Positions 49,246 to 59,169 of a stretch of DNA of 64,000 nt are shown here, in pieces. The translations under genes and the position numbers were made by a program. The notes under the pieces were generated by a model. It made no database searches. It saw only the letters and a list, made by a program, of their open reading frames with translations, and was not told the origin of the DNA. Position 1 is the stretch's first letter; each line of letters opens with the position of its first letter. The stretch is from positions 1,434 to 65,433 of the forward strand of contig JAAETJ010001012.1 in the NCBI GenBank assembly GCA_024228495.1. The letters are read 5' to 3'. Origin of the DNA: a bacterium. GTDB taxonomy: Bacteria > Pseudomonadota > Alphaproteobacteria > Rhizobiales > JAKIUO01.

Positions 49246-49596
49246 TTAGAAAATGGATGCACCGAAAATCTTGATGTCGTCTTCTTCATAGCCAAGAACC
49301 AACCTGCCAAGCCATTCGCCTTCTTTTTTGGTGCTGCGCTGTCTATACAAAACAGTGACATGCTCACCGCGACGAATAAGGCCGATATAGTCCATCTCTT
49401 CTGACAGGCTCCTCGTAAGCTCACTTTTTGCGAACTGCTTGCCTACCTCAACCTGATCAAGGCCATGCGCAAGCCCACGGGAAAAGTTCTTAACGAAATC
49501 ACCGTATTTGCCCGCATTAGACTGCTTGACAAGATCATTCCATAAGGGATGAGCGATCTCAAGTATCTCATCATCGGTTTTTTCAAGAATGTTCAT
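49246..49596 (-). CDS. Hypothetical protein downstream of aprA
   Basis: 116-aa ORF co-oriented with aprA; alpha+beta pattern, possibly NTF2/DUF3887-like (unverified). Confidence 0.75.
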   Translation of the reverse strand: MNILEKTDDEILEIAHPLWNDLVKQSNAGKYGDFVKNFSRGLAHGLDQVEVGKQFAKSELTRSLSEEMDYIGLIRRGEHVTVLYRQRSTKKEGEWLGRLVLGYEEDDIKIFGASIF

Positions 49597-49681
49597 CTAA
49601 GACTCTTTACTGCAGTTACACCAAGGAGCTTCAATACTGGTGCTCTCTGGTGCAAAAGACTTTATCTGTCACGTTACCAAA

Positions 49682-49748
49682 AAGATCAACATTTAACATG
49701 TTGATCTTCTTGATTGTTCAAACAGACGCTTACATAAGCGTCTGTTTG
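49682..49748 (-). terminator. Two hairpins directly after aprA (terminator or mRNA-stability element)
   Basis: CAAACAGACGCTTA/TAAGCGTCTGTTTG (49719-49748) and AAGATCAACAT/ATGTTGATCTT (49682-49708). Confidence 0.65.
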
Positions 49749-49755
49749 TGATTTT

Positions 49756-51675
49756 TTACTTTTTGGCTTCTTTGGCCTTGATGTCTTTGAGGCCTTTATC
49801 TTCCATTTCGTCTTTTTCACCGACGAGATGATACAAAGGTGCTTTTTCCATCGTGTATTCACCTGTTTTGGGATCTCGGCGAGAAACGGTCAGCACATGC
49901 CAATCTTCATCGTCCAACTTCATGTGGTCTCCACGATAATAGTAGCCAGGCCAACGAGTTTCCTTGCGGAACAGCGTATGCTGGAAGACAGATTCGGATG
50001 TCAAGAAGCGATGCTTCAATTCCCAAACACGCAACAACTCATGAATATCCTTGGCAGCCAGATTTTCAAAATCTTCTTCCATGATCTTCATTTTTTTGAG
50101 GCCAATGTTCAGCAGCTTCTCGTTGGTCATGTAGTTAACAGTCACGCCAGCACAATACTCATCCATACACTTCTGCAAACGGTCAAGACCCTGCCTTGGA
50201 TTAATGTAGTGTGGATTGACATCACCAGCGACAATTTCATTACGATAGATTTTATAATGTTCCATCGGCTTGAAGATCTCTTCACCTCGATTTCTGATCT
50301 GATCATCGGAGACTACGATACCGTCTCCTTTACCATCATCGATATACCTGCAAGCAGCTTTGGCAGCAAGACGGCCTTCTGTAAATGATCCAGATGAAAA
50401 CGCATGAGGCGTTCCACCGACAGCATCACCAGCACCAAACAGACCTTCAACCGTCATCATGCGGTTATAACCCCAGAAATATTCTGGTGGTGAAAGATCT
50501 TCTGGTCCACTGGCCCAGCCGCCACAACCTGTTGCATGGGAGCCCATGACATAAGGTTCTGATGTTGTCAGTTCAGGGTTTTCATATTTGGGGTCCACGT
50601 CTGTAGCAGCCCACAATACGGCCTGACCAACAGTCATGCCAAGGAAATTTTCCCAACCGACTTCCTCCAAATGCGGATCCTGGAACGAATGCATGGTGAT
50701 CATGTGAATAGGACCGCGACCAGCCGCTACTTCGTTGATAAAGGCATGGTTACGCAAGCAGGTTGGAATTGGCTTATGCGATACATGCTGCCCTTCCGTA
50801 TCCAGATAGGCCTTGCCGACCATTTTGGAGAGTTCAGGGAACCATTTGGATTCATACTCTTCACCATTACAGTTTTGAGTATAAGTTTTAAGATGCAGGA
50901 AGTAAGCTCCAACAGGGCCGTAACCGTCTTTAAAACGTGCAAGCACGATACGGTTTTCCATCTGAGTCATCTTGGCGCCAGCGCCAATCATAAGCCCGTA
51001 AGCTGAGCCTGACGACCAGGGAGCATACCAGACGCGACCAGCGCCCTCACCAACAGAACGTGGCTTAAAGATATTGGAAGCACCACCAGCACCACAAATA
51101 ACGGTTTTGGATTTAAAAACGTGATAGTCACCGGTACGGACATTGAAGCCCACAGCACCCGCGACGCGGTTTTCTTTGGCATCATCCATTAGAAGATGAG
51201 TGACACAGATACGGTTGAAAACTTTGTCGGCTGATTTTTTTGCAGCTTCGGCAACAATCGGCTTGTATGACTCACCATGAATCATGATCTGCCAACGCCC
51301 TTCACGCATGTAGTTACCCGTGTCAGGGTCTTTCATGATGGGTAAGCCCCACTCTTCGAACTGATGCACGGCACTATCAACGTGACGGGCCATATCAAAG
51401 GCCAGATCTTCACGAACCATGCCCATGAGATCCATACGAGCATAGCGTACATGGTCTTCCGGGTTGTTCTCACCCCAGCGTGTACCCATATAGCAGTTGA
51501 TCGCGTAAAGCCCCTGAGCAACCGCACCAGAGCGATCCATATTCGCTTTTTCAGCAATGACGATTTTCTTGTCTTTACCCCAGAACCTGGCTTCCCAGGC
51601 GGCACCTGTACCACCAAGACCGGCACCAGCGACCAGAATATCAATATCGTCTTCAATAATCGTTTTATAAGCCAT
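49756..51675 (-). CDS. aprA: Adenylylsulfate (APS) reductase subunit alpha
   Basis: EKAN.DRSGAVAQGL.AINCY, YARMDLMGMVREDL, GRWQIMIHGESYK, RFKDGYGPVGA, PTCLRNH, HAFSSGSFTEGR, ETRWPGYY. Confidence 0.97.
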   Translation of the reverse strand: MAYKTIIEDDIDILVAGAGLGGTGAAWEARFWGKDKKIVIAEKANMDRSGAVAQGLYAINCYMGTRWGENNPEDHVRYARMDLMGMVREDLAFDMARHVDSAVHQFEEWGLPIMKDPDTGNYMREGRWQIMIHGESYKPIVAEAAKKSADKVFNRICVTHLLMDDAKENRVAGAVGFNVRTGDYHVFKSKTVICGAGGASNIFKPRSVGEGAGRVWYAPWSSGSAYGLMIGAGAKMTQMENRIVLARFKDGYGPVGAYFLHLKTYTQNCNGEEYESKWFPELSKMVGKAYLDTEGQHVSHKPIPTCLRNHAFINEVAAGRGPIHMITMHSFQDPHLEEVGWENFLGMTVGQAVLWAATDVDPKYENPELTTSEPYVMGSHATGCGGWASGPEDLSPPEYFWGYNRMMTVEGLFGAGDAVGGTPHAFSSGSFTEGRLAAKAACRYIDDGKGDGIVVSDDQIRNRGEEIFKPMEHYKIYRNEIVAGDVNPHYINPRQGLDRLQKCMDEYCAGVTVNYMTNEKLLNIGLKKMKIMEEDFENLAAKDIHELLRVWELKHRFLTSESVFQHTLFRKETRWPGYYYRGDHMKLDDEDWHVLTVSRRDPKTGEYTMEKAPLYHLVGEKDEMEDKGLKDIKAKEAKK

Positions 51676-52154
51676 TAGTAATACACGCCTTCCTTCAATG
51701 TCAGTCCATTTGACTCCAAAGTATGTAGTCCACCTTCATCCAGGCGAATATATTTGGGTTCATTAAAAAGCAACTCGCCATCTCGCATATCCTTACTTGG
51801 TGAAGTAGCATCAGCAAGTTGGGGAATATATTTCCCCCATGGCTTTGTTGTAATCGGTGAAAGGAAGTTCTTTTCAGTACCATTTCTGAATTTGATTTTC
51901 CAGGCGATCGTACCTTTTTCTTCATCGCGAATTACGCGGACACTGCTGCCAAGCGGAGCAAAGTCAGCATACCCACGCACATTAATGGCGTTATGCGGGC
52001 AGGCCTTCACGCAGGAATAGCACTCCCAGCACATATTAGGTTCAATATTATATGCACGACGATAGGTCTTGTCGATATGCATAATATCCGAGGGGCAGAT
52101 GTCGACGCAATGACCGCATCCGTCACATCTTGTCATATAAACGAAAGTAGGCAT
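51675..52154 (-). CDS. aprB: APS reductase subunit beta (two 4Fe-4S)
   Basis: MPTFVYMTRCDGCGHCVDICPSDIMH, CWECYSCVKACP, VRGYADFAP; TAATG overlap with aprA. Confidence 0.97.
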   Translation of the reverse strand: MPTFVYMTRCDGCGHCVDICPSDIMHIDKTYRRAYNIEPNMCWECYSCVKACPHNAINVRGYADFAPLGSSVRVIRDEEKGTIAWKIKFRNGTEKNFLSPITTKPWGKYIPQLADATSPSKDMRDGELLFNEPKYIRLDEGGLHTLESNGLTLKEGVYY

Positions 52155-52216
52155 ATTCGTTTCCTTAAAATGTTTGATCGAAACTAACTGGTTTCCAGAA
52201 GTTTTCGGGTTGATTT

Positions 52217-53059
52217 CTAGTAGTGGTTTGGCCGTTCGCGCTTTATACCAAGTCCCATATTCATTGGGGCATCTTTCAACAGCTCCATAGAATGGCGCTC
52301 TCGTTGCTTGGGATCATCACGGGTAATCGTAGGCAGATCTTCCGCAGATCCGTCAGCTTTGGTAATGCGTTTTTGATAGGCCGCGGCGGGTTTGAAAAAC
52401 ATATGAGCGAATTTCGACCACAGGACACCACCGAACAAAATCGTTGAAGAAAGGATAAACAAGGCAAGGACCAAGAGTTCCCATCCAGCTACGTTCGCCG
52501 ATTGCATATAAGACCAGATCAGCCCGAAGGTTACCGTCGCCAAAAGGGAGAGGATAAACATGTCAGCTTTAACCAGATGATACCATGTGCGACCCTCAGC
52601 CGCGACATCTACCCTGATAAAGAACCAGAACCAATAGCCACCAAATGCGAGCATGAGCGCTCCAAGGTGCCAAAGTATTGGCCAGATCGTTGGAGTTGAA
52701 GCTTTGGCGCCGGGATAGAGGAATACCATGATAGCGGTTGTGGCTACAAAAAGCACAAAACCGTACATGCTAAACAGATGAGAAAGTCTGCGCCGCTTGC
52801 TCGAGAACTCGGAGGAAGTCAGAACTTCACTCATGCCTGTCTGCGCGGCAATAACCAGTTTTTCGGAACTCTCGACTTTCCGGGTAGCGTTTTTCTGCGC
52901 GTCCTTGGCATTTTGAAAGAACCATTTGGCACTTTTCTTGTGAAGCGTATCAATCACTGTACCGCCGATAACAAGAATCGCCATAGCGATGACGTAGCCC
53001 TGCTGGATATAGGCAGGTATTAACTCCGAAAGCTCGGAGAAGGGGTTGATCGTAAACAT
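52217..53059 (-). CDS. aprM: APS reductase membrane anchor AprM
   Basis: Multi-TM protein directly upstream of aprB: NPF, HKKSAKWFF, RR.SHL..MYGF, GGYWFWFFIRVDV, WSKFAHMFFKPAAA. Confidence 0.88.
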   Translation of the reverse strand: MFTINPFSELSELIPAYIQQGYVIAMAILVIGGTVIDTLHKKSAKWFFQNAKDAQKNATRKVESSEKLVIAAQTGMSEVLTSSEFSSKRRRLSHLFSMYGFVLFVATTAIMVFLYPGAKASTPTIWPILWHLGALMLAFGGYWFWFFIRVDVAAEGRTWYHLVKADMFILSLLATVTFGLIWSYMQSANVAGWELLVLALFILSSTILFGGVLWSKFAHMFFKPAAAYQKRITKADGSAEDLPTITRDDPKQRERHSMELLKDAPMNMGLGIKRERPNHY

Positions 53060-53307
53060 GAACTCAAGGTTCCTTCTTCTGTGGTTATTTCAATGGCTAC
53101 GCCAGTTGGCGATAGTTCAAGTGCCATGAAAAAAACTTTTTTGCAAGTCCACGATTTGGACATACAAGATTCCATTAATTCAGCTTTGTTTGTCCGATTT
53201 GTCAGCAATTCCAGGTTAGCATCTCAGCAGATTTCTAATGTCTCCAGAAAAATGCAAACACCACCCTCCCTGGCAAGCCAGATACAAATACAAATGCAAA
53301 TGCGCAT

Positions 53308-53327
53308 ATATTCTGAAATTCGAATGC
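53308..53327. promoter_or_regulatory. Candidate SqrR/BigR-type (ArsR family) operator upstream of aprM
   Basis: ATATTC-TGAAATTC-GAATGC contains a perfect ATTC-N8-GAAT in the AT-rich region about 250 nt upstream of aprM. Confidence 0.5.
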
Positions 53328-53626
53328 ACAAAGCAAAAGTACACCTAGCAAACAAACAAGCATATTACAAACCTGAAAATGATCAATATTGCAATTTATA
53401 TTGTCTACTCAATAAATATGGTTTCTAACAAAATATTTTTCTACGTATTATTCAATGGTATATGTGAGTAGAGGCATTATCTTTACTTTACCAAACGCCA
53501 ATAACGCTATCTTAAAACTATAATAACGAAGCAATCTCACGCACGCATATATTCGCTCGTTGCGACAGTATGTCATATACAATGAAGTTATGAGCGGGCA
53601 CAAAGCAATGCGCAAATGTTCCCCAG

Positions 53627-53848
53627 TCAGGAGAAGTCAACGCTCGAACACTTATCTGACGACGATTTTTCAACCCTGGCTTTAGAACCCACGGGCGGAT
53701 AACGCCAGGCACTCTGGGAGACCTTGTGCGCATCTGCTTTTGACGCACGCCAAGTATCGGCGGCGCATGTACATGCTTTTGCGCGTGCTACGGGAGCCTG
53801 GCCAAAACCGATCCAATTAATGCTTGCTTGATTGATTACCCGCTTCAT
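53627..53848 (-). CDS. Possible small protein or leader-like peptide downstream of ruvB
   Basis: 73-aa ORF with GFGQAP and RYPP; weak SD. Confidence 0.3.
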   Translation of the reverse strand: MKRVINQASINWIGFGQAPVARAKACTCAADTWRASKADAHKVSQSAWRYPPVGSKARVEKSSSDKCSSVDFS

Positions 53849-53883
53849 CTCTATCTACCGGAAAAATGAGCTTAGCGCACGCC

Positions 53884-54924
53884 CTATTCCTCGAACAGAC
53901 CAAACTGGCCTTTGCCGCCAGATGGCGGGGTGAGTCCCATATGTTTGAAGGCGTGACCTGTGAGCACGCGGCCACGAGGGGTGCGGACGACGAAACCTTG
54001 CTGGATCAAATAGGGTTCGATGATTTCTTCGAGCGCATCGCGGGGTTCGGACAGTGCAGCCGCTATGGTCTCGATGCCTACCGGGCCGCCGCCATAATTT
54101 TTGGCGATGCAAGTCAAATAGCGATGATCAAGTGCATCCAGCCCGCGTGTATCAACTTCCAGTTTCGACAATGCACCATCCGCCACAGCTTTGTCGATCT
54201 TGCCAGCCTTTTCAACCAGTGCAAAATCTCGTACGCGGCGCAACAAGCGACCGGCGATGCGGGGGGTGCCACGAGCGCGGCGGGCAATTTCCAGTGCCCC
54301 ATCCTTACTCATATCGACGCCCAGAACGCGGGCACCGCGCGAGACGATAAATTCCAACTCATGCTCTTCATAAAAATTGAGCCGCACCGGAATACCAAAG
54401 CGATCCCGCAAGGGGGTCGTCAGCAAACCAGCTCTGGTGGTCGCGCCAACCAGCGTGAATTTGGCCAAATCTATACGAACTGAGCGCGCCGCTGGCCCCT
54501 CGCCAATAATCAAATCAAGTTCAAAATCTTCCATGGCCGGATAGAGGATTTCTTCAACTGCCGGGTTAAGCCGATGGATCTCGTCAATGAACAGGACATC
54601 GCGGTCTTCCAGATTGGTGAGCAAGGCGGCAAGGTCGCCAGCCTTTTGAATGACCGGCCCCGAAGTCGCCCGGAAATTCACGCCAAGTTCTCGCGACATA
54701 ATTTGCGCCAGCGTCGTCTTCCCAAGCCCTGGTGGGCCATGAAACAAGACATGGTCCAGCGCATCCTTGCGCTGTTTGGCACTTTCGATAAACACCCGCA
54801 AATTGGCCCGTGCCAGCTCCTGACCGACAAAATCATCGAGCACTTGCGGCCGCAATGATGCTTCGAGCTCATCCTCCAGCGAGCGCTCACCATCCAGCAA
54901 TTGTCTATCTGTTTCTTCCACCAA
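53884..54924 (-). CDS. ruvB: Holliday junction branch migration helicase RuvB
   Basis: [57 protein letters not shown]. Confidence 0.98.
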   Translation of the reverse strand: MVEETDRQLLDGERSLEDELEASLRPQVLDDFVGQELARANLRVFIESAKQRKDALDHVLFHGPPGLGKTTLAQIMSRELGVNFRATSGPVIQKAGDLAALLTNLEDRDVLFIDEIHRLNPAVEEILYPAMEDFELDLIIGEGPAARSVRIDLAKFTLVGATTRAGLLTTPLRDRFGIPVRLNFYEEHELEFIVSRGARVLGVDMSKDGALEIARRARGTPRIAGRLLRRVRDFALVEKAGKIDKAVADGALSKLEVDTRGLDALDHRYLTCIAKNYGGGPVGIETIAAALSEPRDALEEIIEPYLIQQGFVVRTPRGRVLTGHAFKHMGLTPPSGGKGQFGLFEE

Positions 54925-55192
54925 AACGAATCACCTTTTCACTCTTTGTTCTTTTTACACTATGGCAGCGACAAGTTAAAGGGATGTTGCATTTCATTCC
55001 GAGGTTCACTGTTCTTTATCCAGAAAAAAGCAATGAACTTTTTTAGAAATAGCAGCACAGAACTTCCGAAAATGCCCCGCCAATGCCCTAAAAGAGTAAT
55101 GACCAGAAAGCTGATGATGGCCTGCTTTGGATAGCGTCTGTTATACTCACTCTTATTTCTCGTCTAAAACCTTCCCGAAAGAAGAATATCTG

Positions 55193-55636
55193 CTACGCCA
55201 TAACGCATTTTGAGCGGTAAATATCGCGCAGCCGAGGTACCAGATAAAGCGAACAAACAAGCATGATGGCAACCAGTTCTGCTACATAAAACCACTGGTT
55301 ATGCGGAATGGTATTGAAAATTTCAAAAGACCAGATCGCGACCGGGACCACCAAAGCCAAGCCCAGAAAAATCGTAAATCCGCGCGAGGACAACGTCTTG
55401 TTGGAGCCCACAAAAAATATCGCCAGCACCCCGGCTGCCACCGCCACCATAAGCAAAGCAAGTGTCGATATGATGCCAACAAGGATGATCTGCTCGTTAA
55501 GCAACGCAAATCCCGCCACCACAAGCAATACAAAAAATAACAGGTTGACCGGGTTCGCCAAGCTCATGACGACCGCCCCTCCTGCTGACAGGGCTCCGAT
55601 GATGCGATTATTGGGTAAGTTAGATTTTCCAGACAT
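55193..55636 (-). CDS. Hypothetical membrane protein inserted between ruvA and ruvB
   Basis: 147-aa ORF with about four hydrophobic segments. Confidence 0.6.
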   Translation of the reverse strand: MSGKSNLPNNRIIGALSAGGAVVMSLANPVNLLFFVLLVVAGFALLNEQIILVGIISTLALLMVAVAAGVLAIFFVGSNKTLSSRGFTIFLGLALVVPVAIWSFEIFNTIPHNQWFYVAELVAIMLVCSLYLVPRLRDIYRSKCVMA

Positions 55637-55736
55637 GTCGACCCTTGCAAACTTTGAACGAGATTTTTAGTACAAGGTCAGGACCTTAGCATACTCTCCC
55701 GCAGCTTTCCAATTTCGCAGTTCTACCCTACGTTTT

Positions 55737-56345
55737 CTATCTCGCCAGCACCTTCAGGCCAAGGCGGATCAGCTCGCTTGCGGTGGCTTTGTCGCCAGCT
55801 TCACGGGCTGCCGTAGCAATGGCGTCTGACGCCTGTATGGGCGCATAACCCAGATTGGTGAGCGCAGAGACGGCGTCCGCTGCGGCCATGCCCTCCACTG
55901 GACCCGCGCCAACTTCTGATGGTCCCGATCCAATTGGTCCCAATGATGGCACCTTGTCTTTCAGTTCAATCAACAAGCGCTGTGCGACTTTGGGACCAAC
56001 GCCGGGTGTCTTGGTAATCGCCGCCTTGTCGCGCATGGCGATGGCGTTAGCGAGATCATGAGGGCTCATAGTGCCAAGTACGGCCAGCGCCACCTTGGCA
56101 CCAACGCCTTGCACGGTTTGCAGCAAGCGGAACCATTCCCTTTCCATCTTGCTGGTGAAGGCAAACAGCTTCATTTCCGTTTCGCGCACATGGGTTTCGA
56201 TATGAATTTCAACAGCCTCACCCTTGGCAGGCAGCGCAGCCAGCGTGCGCGGCGAACAATGCACCTCATAGCCAACGCCGTTCACATCGATAATAGCCCA
56301 GTCCATGCCGGTATCATCTACAAGACCTTTGAGTTTTCCGATCAT
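55737..56345 (-). CDS. ruvA: Holliday junction DNA-binding subunit RuvA
   Basis: [53 protein letters not shown]; start ATG 56345. Confidence 0.97.
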   Translation of the reverse strand: MIGKLKGLVDDTGMDWAIIDVNGVGYEVHCSPRTLAALPAKGEAVEIHIETHVRETEMKLFAFTSKMEREWFRLLQTVQGVGAKVALAVLGTMSPHDLANAIAMRDKAAITKTPGVGPKVAQRLLIELKDKVPSLGPIGSGPSEVGAGPVEGMAAADAVSALTNLGYAPIQASDAIATAAREAGDKATASELIRLGLKVLAR

Positions 56346-56360
56346 GATAAAGATATGCCT

Positions 56361-56499
56361 CCAGGTGTCATCCCCGCAAAGGCGGGGATCCATACTCCCT
56401 GCCCTCTCAATTTATAATAAAGAGCCAGCCGCAAATTCCCTTCTCAATTTTCAGGGCCTGTGGTTATGGATCCCCGCCTTCGCGGGGATGACAACCTGG
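56361..56499. repeat. Inverted pair of REP-type palindromes (REPIN/BIME-like)
   Basis: GTCATCCCCGCAAAGGCGGGGATCCATA (56367-56394) and TATGGATCCCCGCCTTCGCGGGGATGAC (56465-56492), with flanking CCAGGT/ACCTGG. Confidence 0.88.
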
Positions 56500-56584
56500 G
56501 AAGTACTCTCACCTGACAGAAACCGGTTTCCAAAGGCTCGCCTTTTGTGCCAGCTGCACAAGATGCTCGCACGGCGAGCGTATT

Positions 56585-57091
56585 CTATGCACACACCCGC
56601 ATTTTGAGGTCCTGTATTTTGCGGTGATGCGCATGCGTGATGGCGATGGCCAGCGCGTCGGCGGCGTCTTCGCTGTCGGGTTTGGCCTTGGGCAATAGAA
56701 ACGAGATCATAGCGCCGATCTGGTTCTTGTCACCCCGCCCCGTGCCAATCACCGTTTTCTTGACCTGCGTCGCCGAATATTCCGCAACTTTTAACCCGCA
56801 CCTAGCCGGCACCACCATGGCGACACCGCGTGCTTGTCCCAGTTTCAAGGTGCTTTGTCCGTTCTTGTTGACGAAAGTCTGCTCAACGGCGGCTTCCGAT
56901 GGTTTCCAGTCGGCAAGTGGAATGGCGAGCCCCTTATAGACGCACATCAAGCGGTCCGAGAGATCTTGCGAAGCATCAGAACGAATGGTACCACAGGCCA
57001 GATAGGTCAAGCGAATACCATCTGTTTCAATGATGCCCCAGCCGGTTTTTCGTAAACCGGGATCAATACCAATAATGCGCACAACTGCCAT
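56585..57091 (-). CDS. ruvC: Crossover junction endodeoxyribonuclease RuvC
   Basis: IIGIDPG...[24 protein letters not shown]....[14 protein letters not shown]. Confidence 0.97.
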   Translation of the reverse strand: MAVVRIIGIDPGLRKTGWGIIETDGIRLTYLACGTIRSDASQDLSDRLMCVYKGLAIPLADWKPSEAAVEQTFVNKNGQSTLKLGQARGVAMVVPARCGLKVAEYSATQVKKTVIGTGRGDKNQIGAMISFLLPKAKPDSEDAADALAIAITHAHHRKIQDLKMRVCA

Positions 57092-57224
57092 CGTAAAAAG
57101 CTCCCGCCTTTTTAAAGTTAGATATTTAATGCTTAAGGTTGAATGCGAAGAAAGCGCGGCTCTCTTCTTCTCACTAAAAATTCAACATTAAACATACAAA
57201 ATTGGCAAGCGAAGCACCGCTAAA

Positions 57225-57971
57225 CTAGCCGCTCATTTTTTCAATCAGTGAATCTGACACTTCGAAATTGGCATAGACATTTTGCACGTCTTCGCTTTCT
57301 TCCAAAGCATCGAGTAGCAGCAAAAGCTTCTCACCCTTTTCGTCGTCCAGTTCAATATTGTTTTGTGGCCGCCAGATAATCTTGATTTCATCCGCCTCGC
57401 CAAATTTTTCTTCCAGCGCCTGAGCGGTTTCATGCAGATGGTCGACCTCGCAATAAAGCGCATGCCCTTCATCTGTTGATTCGCAGTCTTCGGCACCCGC
57501 TTCAATGGCTGCTTCAAACATATCGTCAGCCGATGCGGTATCCGCTGGATAGGTCACGCATCCAAGGCGATCAAAACCAAACGAGACGGCACCGGTTTCC
57601 CCCAGATTGCCACCTGCTTTGGCAAATGTGGCGCGCACATCAGAGGCGGTGCGATTGCGATTATCGGTCAGAGCTTCAACAATGACGCCAACGCCGCCAA
57701 TACCAAATCCCTCATAACGTACTTCTTCGAAATTATCGCCACCCGCTTCTTGAGATTTTTTTACCGCCCGCTCAATATTATCCTTTGGCATGGACTGGGA
57801 GCGTGCCGCCTTGATAGCGAGGCGCAAACGCGCATTAGCGTCAGGGTCAGGAACCCCCATCTTGGCAGCGGTGGTAATTTCACGCGCCAGTTTGGAAAAG
57901 AGTTTTGAACGCTTTTTATCCTGAGCGCCCTTGCGATGCATGATATTTTTGAATTTTGAATGGCCTGCCAT
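57225..57971 (-). CDS. yebC: YebC/PmpR family protein
   Basis: [45 protein letters not shown]. Confidence 0.96.
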   Translation of the reverse strand: MAGHSKFKNIMHRKGAQDKKRSKLFSKLAREITTAAKMGVPDPDANARLRLAIKAARSQSMPKDNIERAVKKSQEAGGDNFEEVRYEGFGIGGVGVIVEALTDNRNRTASDVRATFAKAGGNLGETGAVSFGFDRLGCVTYPADTASADDMFEAAIEAGAEDCESTDEGHALYCEVDHLHETAQALEEKFGEADEIKIIWRPQNNIELDDEKGEKLLLLLDALEESEDVQNVYANFEVSDSLIEKMSG

Positions 57972-58163
57972 GATAGATCTTCATCCCGTTCTTACTATTT
58001 GAACTCTACGTGTGAGAAGGCTCTGGCACCATTTCGTACGTTCTTTGTTCTTATTTAGACGCAGCCGGGTTACCAGAAGGTTAACTGTCTGTGCTTTATA
58101 GCAGAACGGAAGTCAATGTCTGCCGCAGCGCAAAATACACCTTATGTCATTTCGAGACGCCAA

Positions 58164-58179
58164 TTAACTTGTCCTTAAA
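58164..58179. promoter_or_regulatory. Candidate CtrA-binding box
   Basis: TTAA-CTTGTCC-TTAAA matches TTAA-N7-TTAA(C), about 80 nt upstream of the small ORF at 58254. Confidence 0.45.
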
Positions 58180-58253
58180 CTTGCAAGACTAGGTTGATTG
58201 AAATGCAAGCGAGCCCCGCTTTGTTAATGACAATGTAAATGGAGGTCCACTCA

Positions 58254-58493
58254 ATGGCTCACAATGATAATATGATGCCCGGCGAAAATGTCCGTATCAG
58301 CATGGAAGAACTTTCCGAGCTGCGCAAAAGCGCCGAAGCCCATCTCGACAAAGCCGAGACCGCTTTGTTTGATGACAGCATCACCGACGAAGATGCCCTG
58401 TCGCATCTTGATGCAGCTCTCGCCTGCCTCAACACAATGATTTCTGATCCAGAACATGGCATGGAAGCCGTGGCCTCAGTCAATATTGCATAA
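58254..58493 (+). CDS. Small acidic helical hypothetical protein
   Basis: ATG 58254 behind GGAGG; 79 aa. Confidence 0.65.
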   Translation: MAHNDNMMPGENVRISMEELSELRKSAEAHLDKAETALFDDSITDEDALSHLDAALACLNTMISDPEHGMEAVASVNIA

Positions 58494-58687
58494 ACATATA
58501 AGCAATAGCTAATCCCTCGTAGAGCGTAGTAAATCCCTCAAAACGAGTTGTAAGACGAGCGTAAAATACCTCTTTACAAAAGAGACCTGGAAAATGAAGA
58601 AGGTGGAACGACAAGCTCGTTTCACCTTTTTTATTTGTCGGACAGATGTTAGATTACGGAAAATCGTTTTGTAACAAGGTTGGAAAC

Positions 58688-59164
58688 ATGTCCGTTCGTC
58701 ACTTCTTACTGCTCGCGCCTCTTGTCGTCCTGCTTGCAACACCAATACACGCAGCCAACAGTCCACCAGACCTTGTTGCTCGGCAGGTGATCGCGCAATG
58801 CAAACAAAATAGCGGCGAGAACCGATTTCATCTTCATCGCTGCCTGTTGCAACAATATGAAATTCTGCTAAAACGAGCTGATATTCTCGTCGACAAACTA
58901 TTGGGCATGGTGGGTGGTCACAAAAGCTATAGCCGTTACAAAAAAATCCGCTGGAGTGAATCCATCGCCAAGAGCCATTCTTTGTGGCAAAAACTCATAC
59001 CCAAGGACTGCGAATGGGAGGCACACATCCTGCCCTCCTTGAAAGGCGCCTCCACAGCCATTGACCGTTGCGGCATCAAACGAGCCGCTGCACGCGTACA
59101 ACTACTTGAAAAACGCGTAAAAACACTCGATAATGTCCTGATCAACGATAAGTACAAGGGATAA
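58688..59164 (+). CDS. Secreted LprI/DUF1311-like protein
   Basis: Signal peptide, C...C pair, S...W.......C..E...G.......C pattern. Confidence 0.6.
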   Translation: MSVRHFLLLAPLVVLLATPIHAANSPPDLVARQVIAQCKQNSGENRFHLHRCLLQQYEILLKRADILVDKLLGMVGGHKSYSRYKKIRWSESIAKSHSLWQKLIPKDCEWEAHILPSLKGASTAIDRCGIKRAAARVQLLEKRVKTLDNVLINDKYKG

Positions 59165-59169
59165 GTAAC

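Noticed and set aside
53081-53428. 115-aa plus-strand ORF upstream of aprM
   Set aside because: Lies in the AT-rich regulatory region, has low-complexity QIQMQM sequence and no SD; likely spurious.
54955-55150. Hydrophobic minus-strand reading frame between the membrane protein gene and ruvB
   Set aside because: No clear start or family; may be a relic but cannot be supported.
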